Of a stretch of DNA of 64,000 nt, positions 36,631-49,904 are shown one piece after another (the stretch's first letter is position 1; every line of letters starts with the position of its first letter). The stretch lies in contig NC_080843.1 in assembly GCF_030435755.1 (NCBI RefSeq), positions 68,862,485 through 68,926,484 of the forward strand, given 5' to 3'. The notes under the pieces were generated by a model. That model did not search any database, had not been told where the DNA came from, and saw only the letters and a program-made list of their open reading frames with translations. The DNA is from Ochotona princeps. Lineage: Eukaryota. Position numbers and translations under genes: made by a program.

Positions 36631-36955
36631 TGGGTCCAGCGCATTAGCATAGCGGCTGGGGTCCTCGCCTTGAACAAACACGTCAGGATCCCATATGGGC
36701 GCTGGTTCTAATCCTGGCAGCCCCGCTTCCCATCCAGCTCCCTGCTTGTGGCCTGGGAAAGCATCAAGAATGGCCCAAAGCCTTGGGACCCTGCACCTGA
36801 ATGGGAGACCTGGAAGAGGCTCCTGGCTCCTGGCTTCAGAGTGGCTCAGCTCCAGCCGTTGCGGCCACTTGGGCAGTGAATCATCAGATGGAAGATTTTT
36901 CTGTCTCTCCTCTCTGTGTATCTGCTCTTCCAATAAAAATAAACTTAAAAAAAAA
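36631..36955 (+). mobile_element. C repeat SINE with TSD
   Basis: It reads gggtccagcgcattagcatagcggctggggtcctcgccttgaacaaacacgtcaggatcccatatgggcgc…aataaaaataaactt(A)n. The TSD aaatgaaattgt lies at 36622-36633 and 36953-36964. Confidence 0.9.
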
Positions 36956-39194
36956 TGAAATTGTACTGACTGTAAAATCTGATTTATTAAAACTCTTTCT
37001 ACAACAACAAAAAAAACCCCACAAATGACAGAATAAAAATATATATACTGGACTTCATTAAAGTTTAAACTTTGGAGCTTAAAAGGATATTGTCAAGAAA
37101 TTACAATGACATCCACAGAATAGTAGGAGCTACTTGCAAATCATGGATCTGGTAGGGGTCATGGATCCAAGAAATATCAACAGCTGTTAAACCAAACCAA
37201 ACCAAACCACCCCCCCCACACACACGGGATAAATAACCCCACTAAAATATGCAGTGGATTTGAATAAATATTTTTGCCAAAGAAAATACAGAAACAGCCA
37301 ATAAGTATGTGAAAGGATGCTCCACATTATTAATCCCTACGGAAATGCATGTCAGAGCCGCTTCACATTTGTTACAGGATGGCTAGGAAAAATGTCGGCT
37401 GTCAAACGCTAGCAAGGATGCTGAGGAGGCAACTCCCAGCCTGACTGTGAAAAACCTCTTTTGAAAGCAGCTTCACTGCTTCTTAATGACTTACAAACCG
37501 TGCACACTACTCAAATGTCCATCCATCCCTATGTGCAGAAAAACGTATCATGTATAACATGAAGTTTAATTCATCAATAAAAAGGAATAATGTATGTATG
37601 ATTCCACTTACAGGGAACGTATAGAATAGGCAGAAATTAATTGGTCATAAAGCTGGGAAAGGGAAGAATGGGAGATGACTGTTTCTGACATGAGGTCTGT
37701 TTTAAGGTGGTAAAATGTTCTGGAATTATGTAAGGGATGATGGTTGCAAAAGTCACTAAATAATACCCTAAACTACTGACTTGTGCCGGCACACGCCAGA
37801 TTGGGGCTGGAAGCAGAACCTGCTAAGTTGTAGCTCCCACTGGTGAGTGCCAGGGCAGGGGCTGACCAGGCAACTGCATGTACCGCTAGGTGCACTGCCT
37901 GGTGCAGGTGACAGACCAAACGTCACTCTGCACTGGCTGGCACACACACGGGCAAGTCTGAGGTCACCCCAGGACAGGTTTCTTACGAGATTCCTCAAGT
38001 AGATGGCTGGACTCAGATCCCAGCCACAGGGAAAATCACAATATATGTGTTATGACCTTAGAGTGCATGTATCAGGACTGGGCCTCATCAGTTGCCTATG
38101 GCTGAGCCGTGGACAGCATGCCCGGATAGACAGCTCATCTAGGCCAGCAGAGGCGTCAAGTGCCTGTCAGAGGTTGGGAAGCAGAACAGATCAGAATACT
38201 GTGCTTCACAACATGTTCTTGGGCCTGTGGATGCGTTAAAGTAGACCTGGTCAACCAAGAAACCTTGGAAAGATTTTCCTCAACCCTGGAGCAACAAAAC
38301 TGACAATGTCTCAGAGCTATCAAAACCATTCAAGTACCGCCCTCAGCACTCTTCCCCCCTGTTCCCCCCCCCCCCCCGTTATGGTCTCTAAGGAGGGGAC
38401 CACAGATACGGACGGTCCTTTGATGGCTGTCCTGATATAATTTGACAGCAAGGAGTGGCCCCTCCCCCTGCATCCTTATGGGTATAGGAGGAAAAAAATG
38501 AAAATATTGGTCCAATCCACCTTTCTCTATAAATTGACCTAACCCACCCTAATCAGGCACACATGGGTATGTATCCCTCTTAACTATGTAAACAATATTG
38601 AACATAAAATAAAATTAAACTAAGTTGTACATTGTCTATGGCATTTAAACTTAATAAGTGAAACTCTTACTTGTGAATCTGGTTTCCAAAATACTTGCAT
38701 TGTAACTTACCTCAAAATTTATTTCCCATCTTTCCACCTCGTAGTTTTTATCATAATCTGTTGGCCTCTGAAATCACGTAATACTGCCATTGAGTAAAAC
38801 CATCTTAAACTCTACTACTGTTTTAATGCACATCTATAGTTTATACCCATAAAAACTGGGAGCATGTCCTCATTGGAAATCATCTAGTTATTTCATTTTA
38901 ACACGGAATCCCGAGTAATCTTACTACTTATACTTCAACCATAAGACTTCTCAAAATAATGCTAAGATAACTATTATGCCAATAAGTAATTAAATAAGAA
39001 TGGAAACTTTTACTTTCCCCTTTTAAATGTGAAGAGTAAACTGGAAGAGATTAAGTAACTTTTATAAGATCAGATTAACAGATGGAGAGCACCTTTTACA
39101 ACTCTCACCATGTCTCCGTATTAAAGAAAAAGCTGGTAGTCAAGACTACACATACAAGGTCTGTCTGAGAGAACAAACCAGTTTTCTATTATTG

Positions 39195-39465
39195 CTTGGA
39201 ACATTCTGGGGCTTGCAGTGTGGAGAAACAGGTTTGCTGCTGTTTAGTGTTGGTTCAAGTCTCAGTTGCTCTGCTTGCTATCAAGCTCCCTGCTAATCTG
39301 CCTTGGAAGGCATTGGGACCCGGGCCCCTGCCACCCATGTCAGAGGCCCAGATGGAGTTTCTGGCTCCTGGATGTAGCTTGGTCTAAGACACTATGGCCA
39401 TTTGGGCCAATGGATGGAAGATCTTTCTTTGTCTGCCTTTCAGATAAATGAATAAAGTTTTTAAA
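39195..39465 (+). mobile_element. C repeat SINE (5'-truncated, diverged)
   Basis: It reads …gctccctgctaatctgccttgg…cccatgtcagaggcccagatgg…aatgaataaag. Confidence 0.6.
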
Positions 39466-39849
39466 GAAAACATCCAGTGTTTGATTTTCGTGTGGCTACC
39501 TAAATGAATACTATAAAATCTAACAAGTGAACTAGGTAACTCTAGAATGAAAAAATCTAGACATTTAAAAAATGCCATTATTATTTATATACCCTATTAA
39601 TACACAGGGACTTTGGCTGCATAAAATGTGAAACTGTATCTGTAGCAAGCAGATTATGTTTTGAGAAATATTAAATATAGAAGCACTGGTAAGGAGCTGC
39701 TTGTTGGATAAGCTGAAAATGTGGCTGAATGAGCCATAATATAAGACAAGTTGTAATACATAGTTTTTATGTCAAGTAAAAGAAAAAAATATTTTATCTG
39801 GGGAGAGAGCCTTGCTGAACTGAATTCTATAAATGTTATAATATGTATC

Positions 39850-40150
39850 CCTATCTTTTAAAAATTATTTTTATTGGAAAATTAGATATAACGAGAGGAG
39901 ATGGGAAGCTCTTCCACCTGTTGATTCACTCCCCAAGTGGCTGCAATGGCTGGAGCTGTGCTGATCTGAAACCAGGAGCCTGGAGCCTCTTCCGGGTCTC
40001 CCAAGTGGATGCAGGATCCTTGAGTGCTTTCCCAGGCCAGAAGCATGGAGCAGGATGGGAAGCAGGGCTTCTGGGATTAGAACCGGTGCCCATATGGGAT
40101 CCTGGCACGTCCTAAGCGAGGACTTTAGATGCCAGGCCACTGTGCCAGGC
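39850..40150 (-). mobile_element. C repeat SINE (minus) with TSD
   Basis: It reads …attggaaaattagatataacgagagg…ctcttccacctgttgattcactccccaagtgg…agcgaggactttagatgccaggccactgtgccaggcc. The TSD gtatccctatctt lies at 39845-39857 and 40157-40169. Confidence 0.85.
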
Positions 40151-41052
40151 CTAATACGTATCCCTATCTTAAGCAGTACTGGGTAACACATGGATGTCTC
40201 ACTGGGTTTGAAGGTACAGAAACATTAATCGTTCAGGACATTTATACAGCACAATGCAGAACAATGTTTCTCAACAAACAATTTACAACTTCTCTGGATT
40301 CTCTAACATACCAGAATTATAATAAATATGAGGTGTAACAAAAAATATGACATTTAACTAAGAATTTTCTAAAGCTTTTGTAGAAAAACTAATATACTTA
40401 CTTCCTTCAGTATTTCTTCAGAATGGTCAGAAGTACAAAATTTATAGTGTGCCATAAAATAAGAAAGTGACATTCCATCAAAATACAGAAGAACAGATAA
40501 TTTCTCCCATGGGTTTTCAGGTAATTCCTATTTAAGTTTAATAAATAAGGTAATTACTATATCAAGTCTATTGATGAACAAAATTCTAGTCAGAAAACAT
40601 AATTAGGCTTTTGATAATCACAGAATTACCACTTAGTTTGACTAGTGATCCATTTAACAAAAGTTATTTCCTAGTGTTCTGGCAGGTCAAGAAGTAGTAA
40701 CTTTATTGTTTTGGTTTATACAAAATATGTTCAGAAGGAGAGAATTTACTAGTGATTTACTAGGCAGCAACTTATTATCAACTCATTCTACACAGCATGT
40801 TTAGATGATTGTAATAATTTACAGTAAGTAGGAGAAACAAAAGGTATGGTCAGAGGGTGGAAAGATGGAGTTTAACCTAAAAGTCCTCAAATGATAGGAA
40901 TCAGAAGACGTTAACAGACTAAACAGCAGGGCTCATGAAAATGTCTCTGAAACTCTGACAGACAACCACCAGGTACTGACTGTGTTCATAACATGCCAGC
41001 CAGCTGGGGAAACCTTTTCCACTGGGCCCACATTCCTCCATAAGATTTCTTG

Positions 41053-41083
41053 TTTATTTATTTTTCTTATTTATTTATTTTTC

Positions 41084-41142
<59 letters not shown>

Positions 41143-41153
41143 TCCTTACTGCC
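41053..41153. repeat. (TTTA)n microsatellite
   Basis: About 25 consecutive tttatttattta units. Confidence 0.9.
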
Positions 41154-42360
41154 CAGACTTCAGTCACCACAGCAGCCAGAGGGAATACCAGAGTGGGCTG
41201 TTCACATCTCAGCCTGGTCCCCACTGTCCACTTTCCTGTGCTTGCTCCTTCTGCTCTGGTTCTACCCTGGACACTTCCTCCCACGACCATTTTAGGGCCT
41301 TGGCTCTGTTGCATCTTGCAATGCTGTCTTCTCTGAGGCTGTGCTGGAGGCAGATTCCTCCCTGGCCGCACCGCTATGGTTCTTCCCTGCTTTGTTTTTT
41401 CCCCTCGTACTTAGCACTGATAGACTCTTGAGCTCATGTTTTCCTTTTTTCTGGGCACATCACTAAAACAGAGGCTTCACAAAGGCAGGGCAGACCTTTA
41501 CTGTGTGTCCATGCCAAGAAAAGAGCCCAGCGTGGTCATCTCTCCTCAGCAGTCACAAGCAGGTGTGGGTACGGCTACGGGCACGCACATTCGCAACCGG
41601 GAAACTGAAGAGTCTTTGGAACAATATCAATTTTCCTGCTGACTGTGCTAAGCTGAGCAACACTAAGACAGTACTTTGACTATCTGAACAACTTCAACCT
41701 GTGCCTTGTGTCATGGCCTGCCACGGAGACCGAGAGGCTAGGGAGGGCTCTTAGCACTTCACATATGCCATGTCATAGTTAAGTGGTTGGGGGCTCTCTG
41801 TAGGCCTCAATTCTCCCATCATTACCTTTTAAACCACAAATTTTCCTTACCATTTTACATCTCATACATAGTTATGGTTTAGTCTAATGATCTTGTCCAG
41901 AAACCTCCACTGGGTCCCGCCAATGGTCTCTAACTACCAAATGCCACTCACCATTTGTTCTTGTAAAACTTCATCATATATCAAACTGCTAATATGGTTT
42001 CCTAGAAGCTTCTCTCTGTGCATTTATTTTCCCCCAGTCAGAAAAACTCCATTATGTTTTCTTTAAAGGGATACCTCAATTCACACCATCTCTAAATTGC
42101 TATTATACTCCTTCTCCCAATGTCACTAGACCCAGAGCATGTCAGACTGTAGCTTCAGGGTGACCTTCCTAAGGTCCCATCTTCTCTTACTATAACATAA
42201 GGTCTAGGGGTTGGGAGTCATAGAAGTTTCCGTCTGAGTTACTCTAATCTAACCCACTGCTATAGACACAGCAATAATAGCATCCTGCAAGCTGCTACAT
42301 ATATATTAAAAAATCGTCATAATTTAATACTGTCTTCCGTATCAAAATAAGAGTCTTTCC

Positions 42361-45300
42361 CTTGGGCCTGGGGGGTGTTAAACTTCCAGCAGCCTCTTGC
42401 CTGCTGCTGGGTCTCAGGACGGGGCTTCTCATGCCTGGATCCTAGACGCCAGCCACCGGGTGCACGTGGTGAGCTGTCCCTTGGCCTGCCTGGGCTCCGC
42501 AGGCTGCTCCTTTTGGGATGAGTACACGGAGGGGGGGGGGTCTCCATGGCTGGGCAGGTCTGGGGCCCACCCACAGCCCTCATTGAGTGGTGGATGGGAT
42601 TGGGGAGGGGTGCGACCTTGGGCCTGGGGGTTTAAACTTTCAGAGGCCTCCCGGGCTGTGGGTGGGTCTCAGGATGGGGCATCTCCATGCCCGGATCCCA
42701 GATGCCAGCCACCACGTGCACATGGTGAGCTGTCTCTGGGTGGCCAGAGTGCCACTGGTGCCAGGCCCCGCCTGCTGGCCACCCAGCTGGGAGCTCTGGG
42801 GTTTTGGTTCTTTGAATCACTGCTTAGGTTGCTCCAAGTTGAACCCACTGTGCTTCTGGGATGTGAATCAATCCTAAAGATTCCCAATGACAGTAACTCT
42901 TCCTTTGAAGAACTTGTAATCACTGAACAATGCTGAGCACTGAACACCAGTCCATGCAAAAGCTAAGGCTCAGGGCTTGTCCAGCAGGCTCATATCCTAT
43001 TACCTGACATGATGATGGATCAGCAGACGGGGTCACATTAGGCAGGGCCATGACATTAACTAGCACTTGAGAACCATATCCGGGGGTAGATTCTGTGGGT
43101 GATGTGTGGGCCAAACCCTGTGGAAATTCTAGCCCCTCTGGTTAGCTCAAGAGATGGGGTGGTGATGGACTAAGCTAGGTGTGACCAAGGAGCCTGCCAT
43201 CAATCACAGGTATAGGAACTGACAGCAGTCTAGACTGACTGAGGCAGCAGCACCCAAATGTTAATCCTGAATAGGGGGTGGGGTGGGCTGGGCTGTAACT
43301 TTCACCAGCTCATACAAGGCCAAATGGAAGGCCAGACTTCACTGGGCACTGGCCTAAAACCCAATGGCATGTATGAGAACTGGGTCTGGGAGGGGATCAA
43401 GTGGAGCAACTTGGGAAACTCCCTTTGCGAGTCATAGCTCCCACTGGTGAACATGTGGTCCAGACCTGGGAGTCAGACAAGCTGGGCAAAGTAGCTCCAA
43501 CAGCTGGCCAATGTGTGAATTGGTGATGGAATAGGGTGTACCGGGCAGGACTGAGCAAACCTTAGCCCACAAGCGAAATTAGAGACCAGGATGGAGCACA
43601 GGTCATGCCGAGCTAGGCTCTTGCACCTACTGGTCTGCGTCAGCCAGGAACGCTAAGCCACAGTGTCTAAGGCAGGGGTCGGGACAGGTGAGGGGCTGAG
43701 CCAAGCTGAGTCAGAGCAACCATTGGCAGGCGTGTGATCTACTGCTGGGAACAGGCCCGGTTGGGGAGCTAAGGGGACAGCCCTAGCTGGGTTGAGGTTC
43801 CCACCAAGGGGTGCTTGGGCTGGAATGGGGGCTGCGTTCTGATCAGGAAACAGTTGTAGTCTCCCTTGGCACAAGTGTGGACTGGGAGTGGATACACCGA
43901 GCCGGACCAGACTCCAACACCCTCTGGTGTCCTAGAGGACCAGGGTAGATGTGGGATGGACTAGGCTAGGTCTCAACCCCTACTGAGCCATGTGTGAGCC
44001 GTATGTGGGAATGGACGAGCCATGGCTGGGCTGAGACATCCAACAGCAAGGACCAGTTTGGGTTGAAGGCCAGCCGGGAAAAGCCACTGTTCCTGCTAGG
44101 ACAGGAGGTGAATTGAGTAGGGCTGGCTCATGGACCCCCTGGTATGCGCGAAATCTGGTATTGGGAGAGGTTCTGATGGAGGAGCCTGGGCAACTCCTCT
44201 GGAAGGACATAGTCCCTGCAGGTAAGTGCAAGAAACATGGTAGGAAGCAGTCCAGAACAGGCCATGGAAAGTTACCCACTGGCATACACCTGGCATGGGT
44301 CAGGGGCAGAACAGGCTGAGTCAGTTCACGTCATCCACTGATGAATCTGAGCACCAGAACAGAGTGTGGGTCGGGCCAGGATTGATTGCAACAAAAACCA
44401 GTGCACAATACGGAACGCCAAGGTGAGGTGACCTGTATCGAATGAGACTGCAGCACCCAACAGCACACGTGAGAACTAGGAGGAGAGGGGGCCAAGACAG
44501 CATGGGGAATATGGGGGGGGACCCCTCGCCGGACAGCTACCCCCACTGCAGAGTGTGAGCTGGGATGGGGGCAGACCAGACTAAGCAGGGCTACAACACC
44601 TGTGGGCCTCATGTGGACTAGATCAGGGACAAGCCAGGCTGAGCTGATTATTCCTACTGGTGCAAACAAAATTAGAGTGGGTGAGGGTTGTTTGGGCTTA
44701 GCTGCAGCATCATCTGGCAGAAGCTGGCACTGGGAGCTAATTCTGTCAAGTCAAACCACAGAACTACCTGGAGAGTGCATAATCCGGGAGTGGGAGAGGC
44801 CTGGGAGGGAAATAGTGGGATCCTCCCTCTTGGGTTACCACTCCCATGGGAGGGTATGAAAACTAGGACATGGGCTAGGGTGATCAGACAGAGATACCCA
44901 ACAGCATCTGGGTGGGCTGCATAGTGGAGCTGGTTAGATGGAACTAAGCTTTAATACCCACTGACATGTATGAGAGCCGAATGGGGTGTGGGACAGACTG
45001 GACTAGTCTGCTACACATACTGGCAAACCAAGGTAGGAGGCGGGCCTGGTGGGGGTTATCGTGGGTCGCTCTGACTAGGCTGCAGCTCCCAGTGGGTTAT
45101 GCGAGGGCCGAGTATGTGCTGGGCAGGACAAGGCTAGACTGCAACACCCATTGGTTCTAGTGAAAGTCGGGGCTGAAAACAGAACCAACCCAGCAATTGC
45201 AACCACCAGCTGATCAGGGCAATGGACTGTGCCGAGCCCTGTACTTGCTAGTACATACAAGAATCTGGTCTGGGAATACCTCAGACAAAGTTTTTTTGGG

Positions 45301-45740
45301 GATCTTCCCAACCGAAATGGCAGACTCAGAACCCTAGCCAAGAAAAGACAGTAGACAGAACAAGTCAATCAACCACCTCAGCTATATGTTGGCAGCGAAA
45401 TACTGGGCAAATGGAGACTCTATGATGGACTATGTCAATCAGTGGATTCTTCAAAGACCTCATCGTGCTTGGAGTGGCAAGATTGGCAGCGATTCATAAC
45501 TGGTGAACTATCAAAACCACCTGAGCAAAAACCTCGGACAAGCCCCACATCCGGGACCTGGGGTGGGTGGGAAACTGGGTGGGGCTTCTCCCTCAATATC
45601 CCCCTTTAAACATGAAGGAAACAATATGGAAATAATAGTCTTACCCACTTCCCTATAGCCGTTGAATCTTTTTACCCTAATTAACTATGTAAAGATTTCC
45701 AAAAATATAATAATAAACAAAAAACATTAAAAAAAAAGTC
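42361..45740 (+). repeat. Composite element: 2x ~255-bp tandem units, then about 2.3 kb of degenerate ~60-70-bp minisatellite array, a unique tail, AATAAA and an A-tract
   Basis: The two long units start at 42361 and 42616 (cttgggcctggggg…ttaaactt…cag…cctc…gggtctcagga(c/t)ggggc…). From about 42950 to 45200 a motif recurs dozens of times: CCCA(c/t)TGG… (6-12 nt) …(a/c)TGTGtGA… GGG, for example cccactggtgaacatgtggtcc, caaccattggcaggcgtgtgatctactgctggg and cccctactgagccatgtgtgagccgtatgtggg. The element ends …ccaaaaatataataataaacaaaaaacattaaaaaaaaag at 45738. Confidence 0.6.
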
Positions 45741-45948
45741 TTTCAAGTTACTATAATAGGTTTGGAAGTTCTTAAGTTCAAAATTGCATTTATTTAAAAC
45801 AAGCCTAAGAATCAAACTTTTTTATGTAAATAAATTGTATTCACATAAGAATATATGCAACATTGCTTATCATCAAAAATATCCTTCAATTATGTTTGTT
45901 ATAATATCTTACAGAAAACAATTTAAACTTATTTTAAATACAAATTAC

Positions 45949-46029
45949 CATAACATGAATTTCCACTTCTCTCTTTGAAAGCAATTCCTGAAGAAGTTCT
46001 ATTGAATCAGATTGCCAGACATTTCCCAC
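45949..46029 (-). CDS. RNF17: RNF17 exon, eTudor C-part helix
   Basis: Minus-strand acceptor ttcaattcccaaatag|GTG and donor TATG|gtaatt. It is 81 nt, phase 0 to 0. Translates to [27 protein letters not shown], which aligns with ...[24 protein letters not shown] of exon 30002-29813. Confidence 0.68.
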
Positions 46030-46794
46030 CTATTTGGGAATTGAAAATTTAGATTCTCACTTTCACAAATAACAGCAGGAAGCAAATGAAGATATGCAAA
46101 GTTAGCCAAAACAGGTAATACTAAATAATATAAAATACACGTTTTTCAAAGACTATAACGGGAATATGATAAAATATTACAATGTTTAGAACTTGGCAGA
46201 GCTCCCTAGAGAGGATTTACCATATTTTATGCTTTAAAAACACACTGAAGACCTTACATTTAAAACTTTACAACAGACCAATATGCCAAAGCAGTGCTGG
46301 CAGAAGGCCTGTAAAACATTCATGAACGAGCAGTGACAGGTTGGCCTGTGTTAAAGTTCATGGGTCAAGGAAGCTAGCCGTGTGGAAGTGCCCCGTCCAA
46401 CTACACTTCTCTTGGCATCTTGACCGCAGCAACACATAGGAACCCCAGGTAAACCCACCCAGCTCTGCCCGTCCGCAGCCCTGGGCCACAGACACACACA
46501 GCCCTGGAAGATGCTAAAAGGTCTGAATTTGAAAACATTTCCACAAAGGAATTTCTCTCAACTTGTCGTAAATGTTTATTATGAGAAACACATACAGACA
46601 CACCCTGTTTGTCAGATGACCCCTCAAATGCCACAATGGCAGTGGTTGGGCCAGACAAAAGCCCAGAGCAAAGCCCCAGTTTGGGTTTCCCAAATACTTG
46701 AGCCATTGCTTGCTTCCGCCAAAGGGGGAAGTTAGAACCAGCAATATAACCAGTTTGTCCCAAGTCTTCTTGTTTGTTGCCAAATGTTCACTTT

Positions 46795-47104
46795 TTAAAA
46801 ATTTTAATTAGAAAGTCAGATATACAGAGAGAAGGAGAGACAGAGAGAAACATAATCTATCCTCCCCAAGTGGCTGCAATGGCCGGAGCTGCGCTGAGCC
46901 AAAGGCAGGAGCCAGGAGACTCTTCCGGGTCTCCCATTCAGGTGCAGGGTCCCAAGGCTTTGGGCCGTCCTTGAATGCTTTCCCAGGCCACAAGCAGGGC
47001 ACTGGATGGGAAGCAGAGCTTCCGGGATTAGAACTGGTGCCCATATGGGATCCCTGCGTGTACAAGGTGAGGACTTCAACTGCTAAGTTATTGCACCGGG
47101 CCCC
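46795..47104 (-). mobile_element. C repeat SINE (minus) with ~20-bp TSD
   Basis: It reads …gaaagtcagatatacagagagaagg… and ends …ggtgaggacttcaactgctaagttattgcaccgggcccc. The TSD ccaaatgt(t/c)cact(t/c)ttttaa lies on both sides. Confidence 0.85.
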
Positions 47105-47573
47105 AAATGTCCACTCTTTTAAGAAGGTTTTCTTACAGGAAACCATAAATAAAATTTATTTTTCATCTTAATAGACCTACAAATTACTTTTTTTTTGGAA
47201 TTCTTTGATCTTGATAATTCAGTTTCTACATTATCTTAAGAAAAAGGAAAGCTAAAAAGTAACTCCTATTCCAATGTACCAAAACGAAAACATCAGTGTT
47301 TAATTGAAGTTTGCTTAACAATCAGCATTTTAAAAAGTATTTTTAAACATTACATTGAAATACTATCAGATTAATCTCATGGTGGATGTATGTCATGCCT
47401 TTTTTAACGAAAAATTTTTCAATATTTAGTTTTTATTATAAAAATGTACAAACTTAACTGTACATATTTATAATTTTTAACAGCAAAAAGGGATTTTATT
47501 TTGCATTTTTATTTCTAACAAAGCATTAATAAAGTATTTAAACATAATCACCCACAAATCCTCCTGTACTCAC

Positions 47574-47693
47574 CGGTATGGTGTGATGGAGCTGACAAGG
47601 AATACAAAACTGGGGTATATCAGGATGTAACAAAACAGGGTAAAGATGACACTGTGGAATCTTCTCCGTGAATCCATGATCCAAATACTGCAC
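47574..47693 (-). CDS. RNF17: RNF17 exon, Tudor core second half
   Basis: Minus-strand acceptor cttgttgcag|GTG and donor CCG|gtgagt. It is 120 nt, phase 0. Translates to [40 protein letters not shown] (V.Y.D.G..E.....L..L.P..P.). It directly continues exon 49904-49741. Confidence 0.8.
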
Positions 47694-47744
47694 CTGCAAC
47701 AAGCAGCAGAAAACTTTACTTATTCTGAAAGTCAGAGACTGTAA

Positions 47745-47965
47745 GAGAGACGAGAAAGAGAGAGCTGACCTGTTGGTTTACTGTTCAGATGGCTGCAAGG
47801 GCCAGTGACCACAGGCAGAGCCAGGAGCCGGGAGCCCCACCTGGGTTTCCCATGTGGGTTGGGGGGGGGCCCTAACACTGCGATCATCCCCCACTACTTT
47901 TTCTAGGTCATCAGTAGGAAGACTGCTGGGATGCTGACTTTGCTATGCCACAATACTGGCCTTGG
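47745..47965 (-). mobile_element. C-repeat-related SINE fragment (minus)
   Basis: It reads …gacctgttggtttactgttcagatggctgcaagggcc…ccaggagccgggagcccc…. Confidence 0.5.
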
Positions 47966-48851
47966 CAGTCAGCATGTAAAAAATGAACAGAAGTTAATAA
48001 AAAAATATCTGAGTTTATCACAGATACGGTGAGTGTGACTATGAAATGTATATTTTTCAGAGAAATCATAATCTAAACTTTAAAGGGTATCAAGTTAACG
48101 AATAAAAAATTCATTTAATAAATGGCCTTACAGAAAAATATTGAAATACTTCAATGTGTTAAACAGAAACTCAAGTACAAGAATTTTTAAAAAGTATTTG
48201 ATTTTCACATAAATAAAGTTATGAACTGATAATGACTGTTCCACTTTTCCTGTGTATTAAAGAAGAGAACAACCCATAGCAAATGACCACTTGTAGTCAC
48301 AGGCATGACTCTGTAAGCATGCAGATGCTAATCCTCACCCCAAATTCAGACACCTGACTTCCAGTAGACCACAGTGGTGCAGTGTGTTAATGTGTTAATG
48401 TGCCATTTGGGATGCCACCACTCAAGTACAGGACTGAGGCCTGGTTACTCTGCTTGCCACCCACCAGCACTTCCCGGCAGGCAGCAGAGAAAGGCTCAAA
48501 CACAAGTGCCCTGCCAAGCAGGTGGGAGGCTTGTGGGGTCACTGGCTCTGACTTCCGCCTGGTTAGCACCAGCTGTCCGCAGGCGCCGCTGCAAGAGCTC
48601 AGCAGTCAGGAAGCACATGCTTGGAGGGCAAGTCCGGGATAGCCATGCACTGAGGGCGTGGATCAGGGTAGGTCACAGAACCTAAATTTTAATTTTCAAA
48701 CTGGAAAAATAATGATAGCTATGTCCAGAATAGTTGCTGTAAACAAAACATCAACATGAAAGCACATAGGTAAAATACCTGGAATACTATATAATTATTA
48801 GGTATCACAGCAAACAGAAAATAAATTTCCCAAGTAAAGAAACAAAAGTAG

Positions 48852-49192
48852 GGCCCGGCGGCATGGCCTAGTGGCTAAAGTCCTCGTCTTGAAAGCCCCG
48901 GGATCCCATATGGGCGCCGGTTCTAATCCCGGCAGCTCCACTTCCCATCCAGCTCCCTGCTTGTGGCCTGGGAAAGCAGGAGAGGACGGCCCAATGCATT
49001 GGGACCCTGCACCCGCGTGGGAGACCCAGAAGAGGTTCCAGGTTCCTGGCATCGAATTGGTGCGCATCGGCCCGTTGCGGCTCACTTGGGGAGTGAAACA
49101 TTGGACGGAAGATCTTCCTCTCTGTCTCTCCTTCTCTGTGTATATCTGGCTATAATAAAATGAATAAATCTTTAAAAAAAAAAAAGAAACAA
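48852..49192 (+). mobile_element. C repeat SINE, young CpG-rich copy with TSD
   Basis: Near-consensus gggcccggcggcatggcctagtggctaaagtcctcgtcttgaaagccccgggatcccatatgggcgccgg…aatgaataaatcttt(A)n. The TSD agaaacaaaagta lies at 48839-48851 and 49186-49198. Confidence 0.9.
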
Positions 49193-49740
49193 AAGTACTT
49201 TCTTCCTACTAACTTAGTTATATCTGAAAATTTCAGGTACTCAATGTCTGATAAAGTACTTAATCATTTTTGTTACTTTATTTTATAAAATTCAATTTAA
49301 ATGAAGTTATTTTAGTCTATATTTTTATGAATGCATTTTAAACTATTTTTAAGACTGCTGAAATTTGAGTGATACTTCATAAGTCAGCCCTTTCTCTCAA
49401 AGCATCAGCTATGTGAAATAAATTTTCTAGGTTGATATTTAACATATTTAAAGAGAAGTCATTTTACTAGACATCAGTATCAAACAGGGCTACCAATTCC
49501 AACTGAGCAGATCACCCATCAACGCATCAGTGGTCAGATCCCTACCTGGGTAACTTTGTTTTTTTGGCTTTTGTTATCTAGGTTATTACATATATTTGAA
49601 AAAGATATCTACTGAGTGAACTTTAAAACTGAACTTATCAAAAGATCTTTTAACTACATCCTCATAAGTTTTTATACTTAAAGGCCACTTACGTTCCAGC
49701 ACTTAATTTGAGAAGAGTCACAAAACCACATGGCGCTCAC

Positions 49741-49904
49741 CTTAATTGTGCTGCCTGCAACTTCCACGACCTTGCCCCTGTACCACAAAGTGTCAGATCC
49801 TCTTATTGCACAGGCTTCTCCCTTCTTCCACAAATAAGGTTCCAAAAGACCAAGGCACTTTAGATTATTCTGAATTTCATTCATCATTTTTGACAGCTCA
49901 AGTT
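49741..49904 (-). CDS. RNF17: RNF17 exon, linker plus Tudor core first half
   Basis: Minus-strand acceptor ttctggtttgaataatttcttcag|AA (phase 1) and donor TAAG|gtgagc. Translates to (E)[54 protein letters not shown]. Confidence 0.8.
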
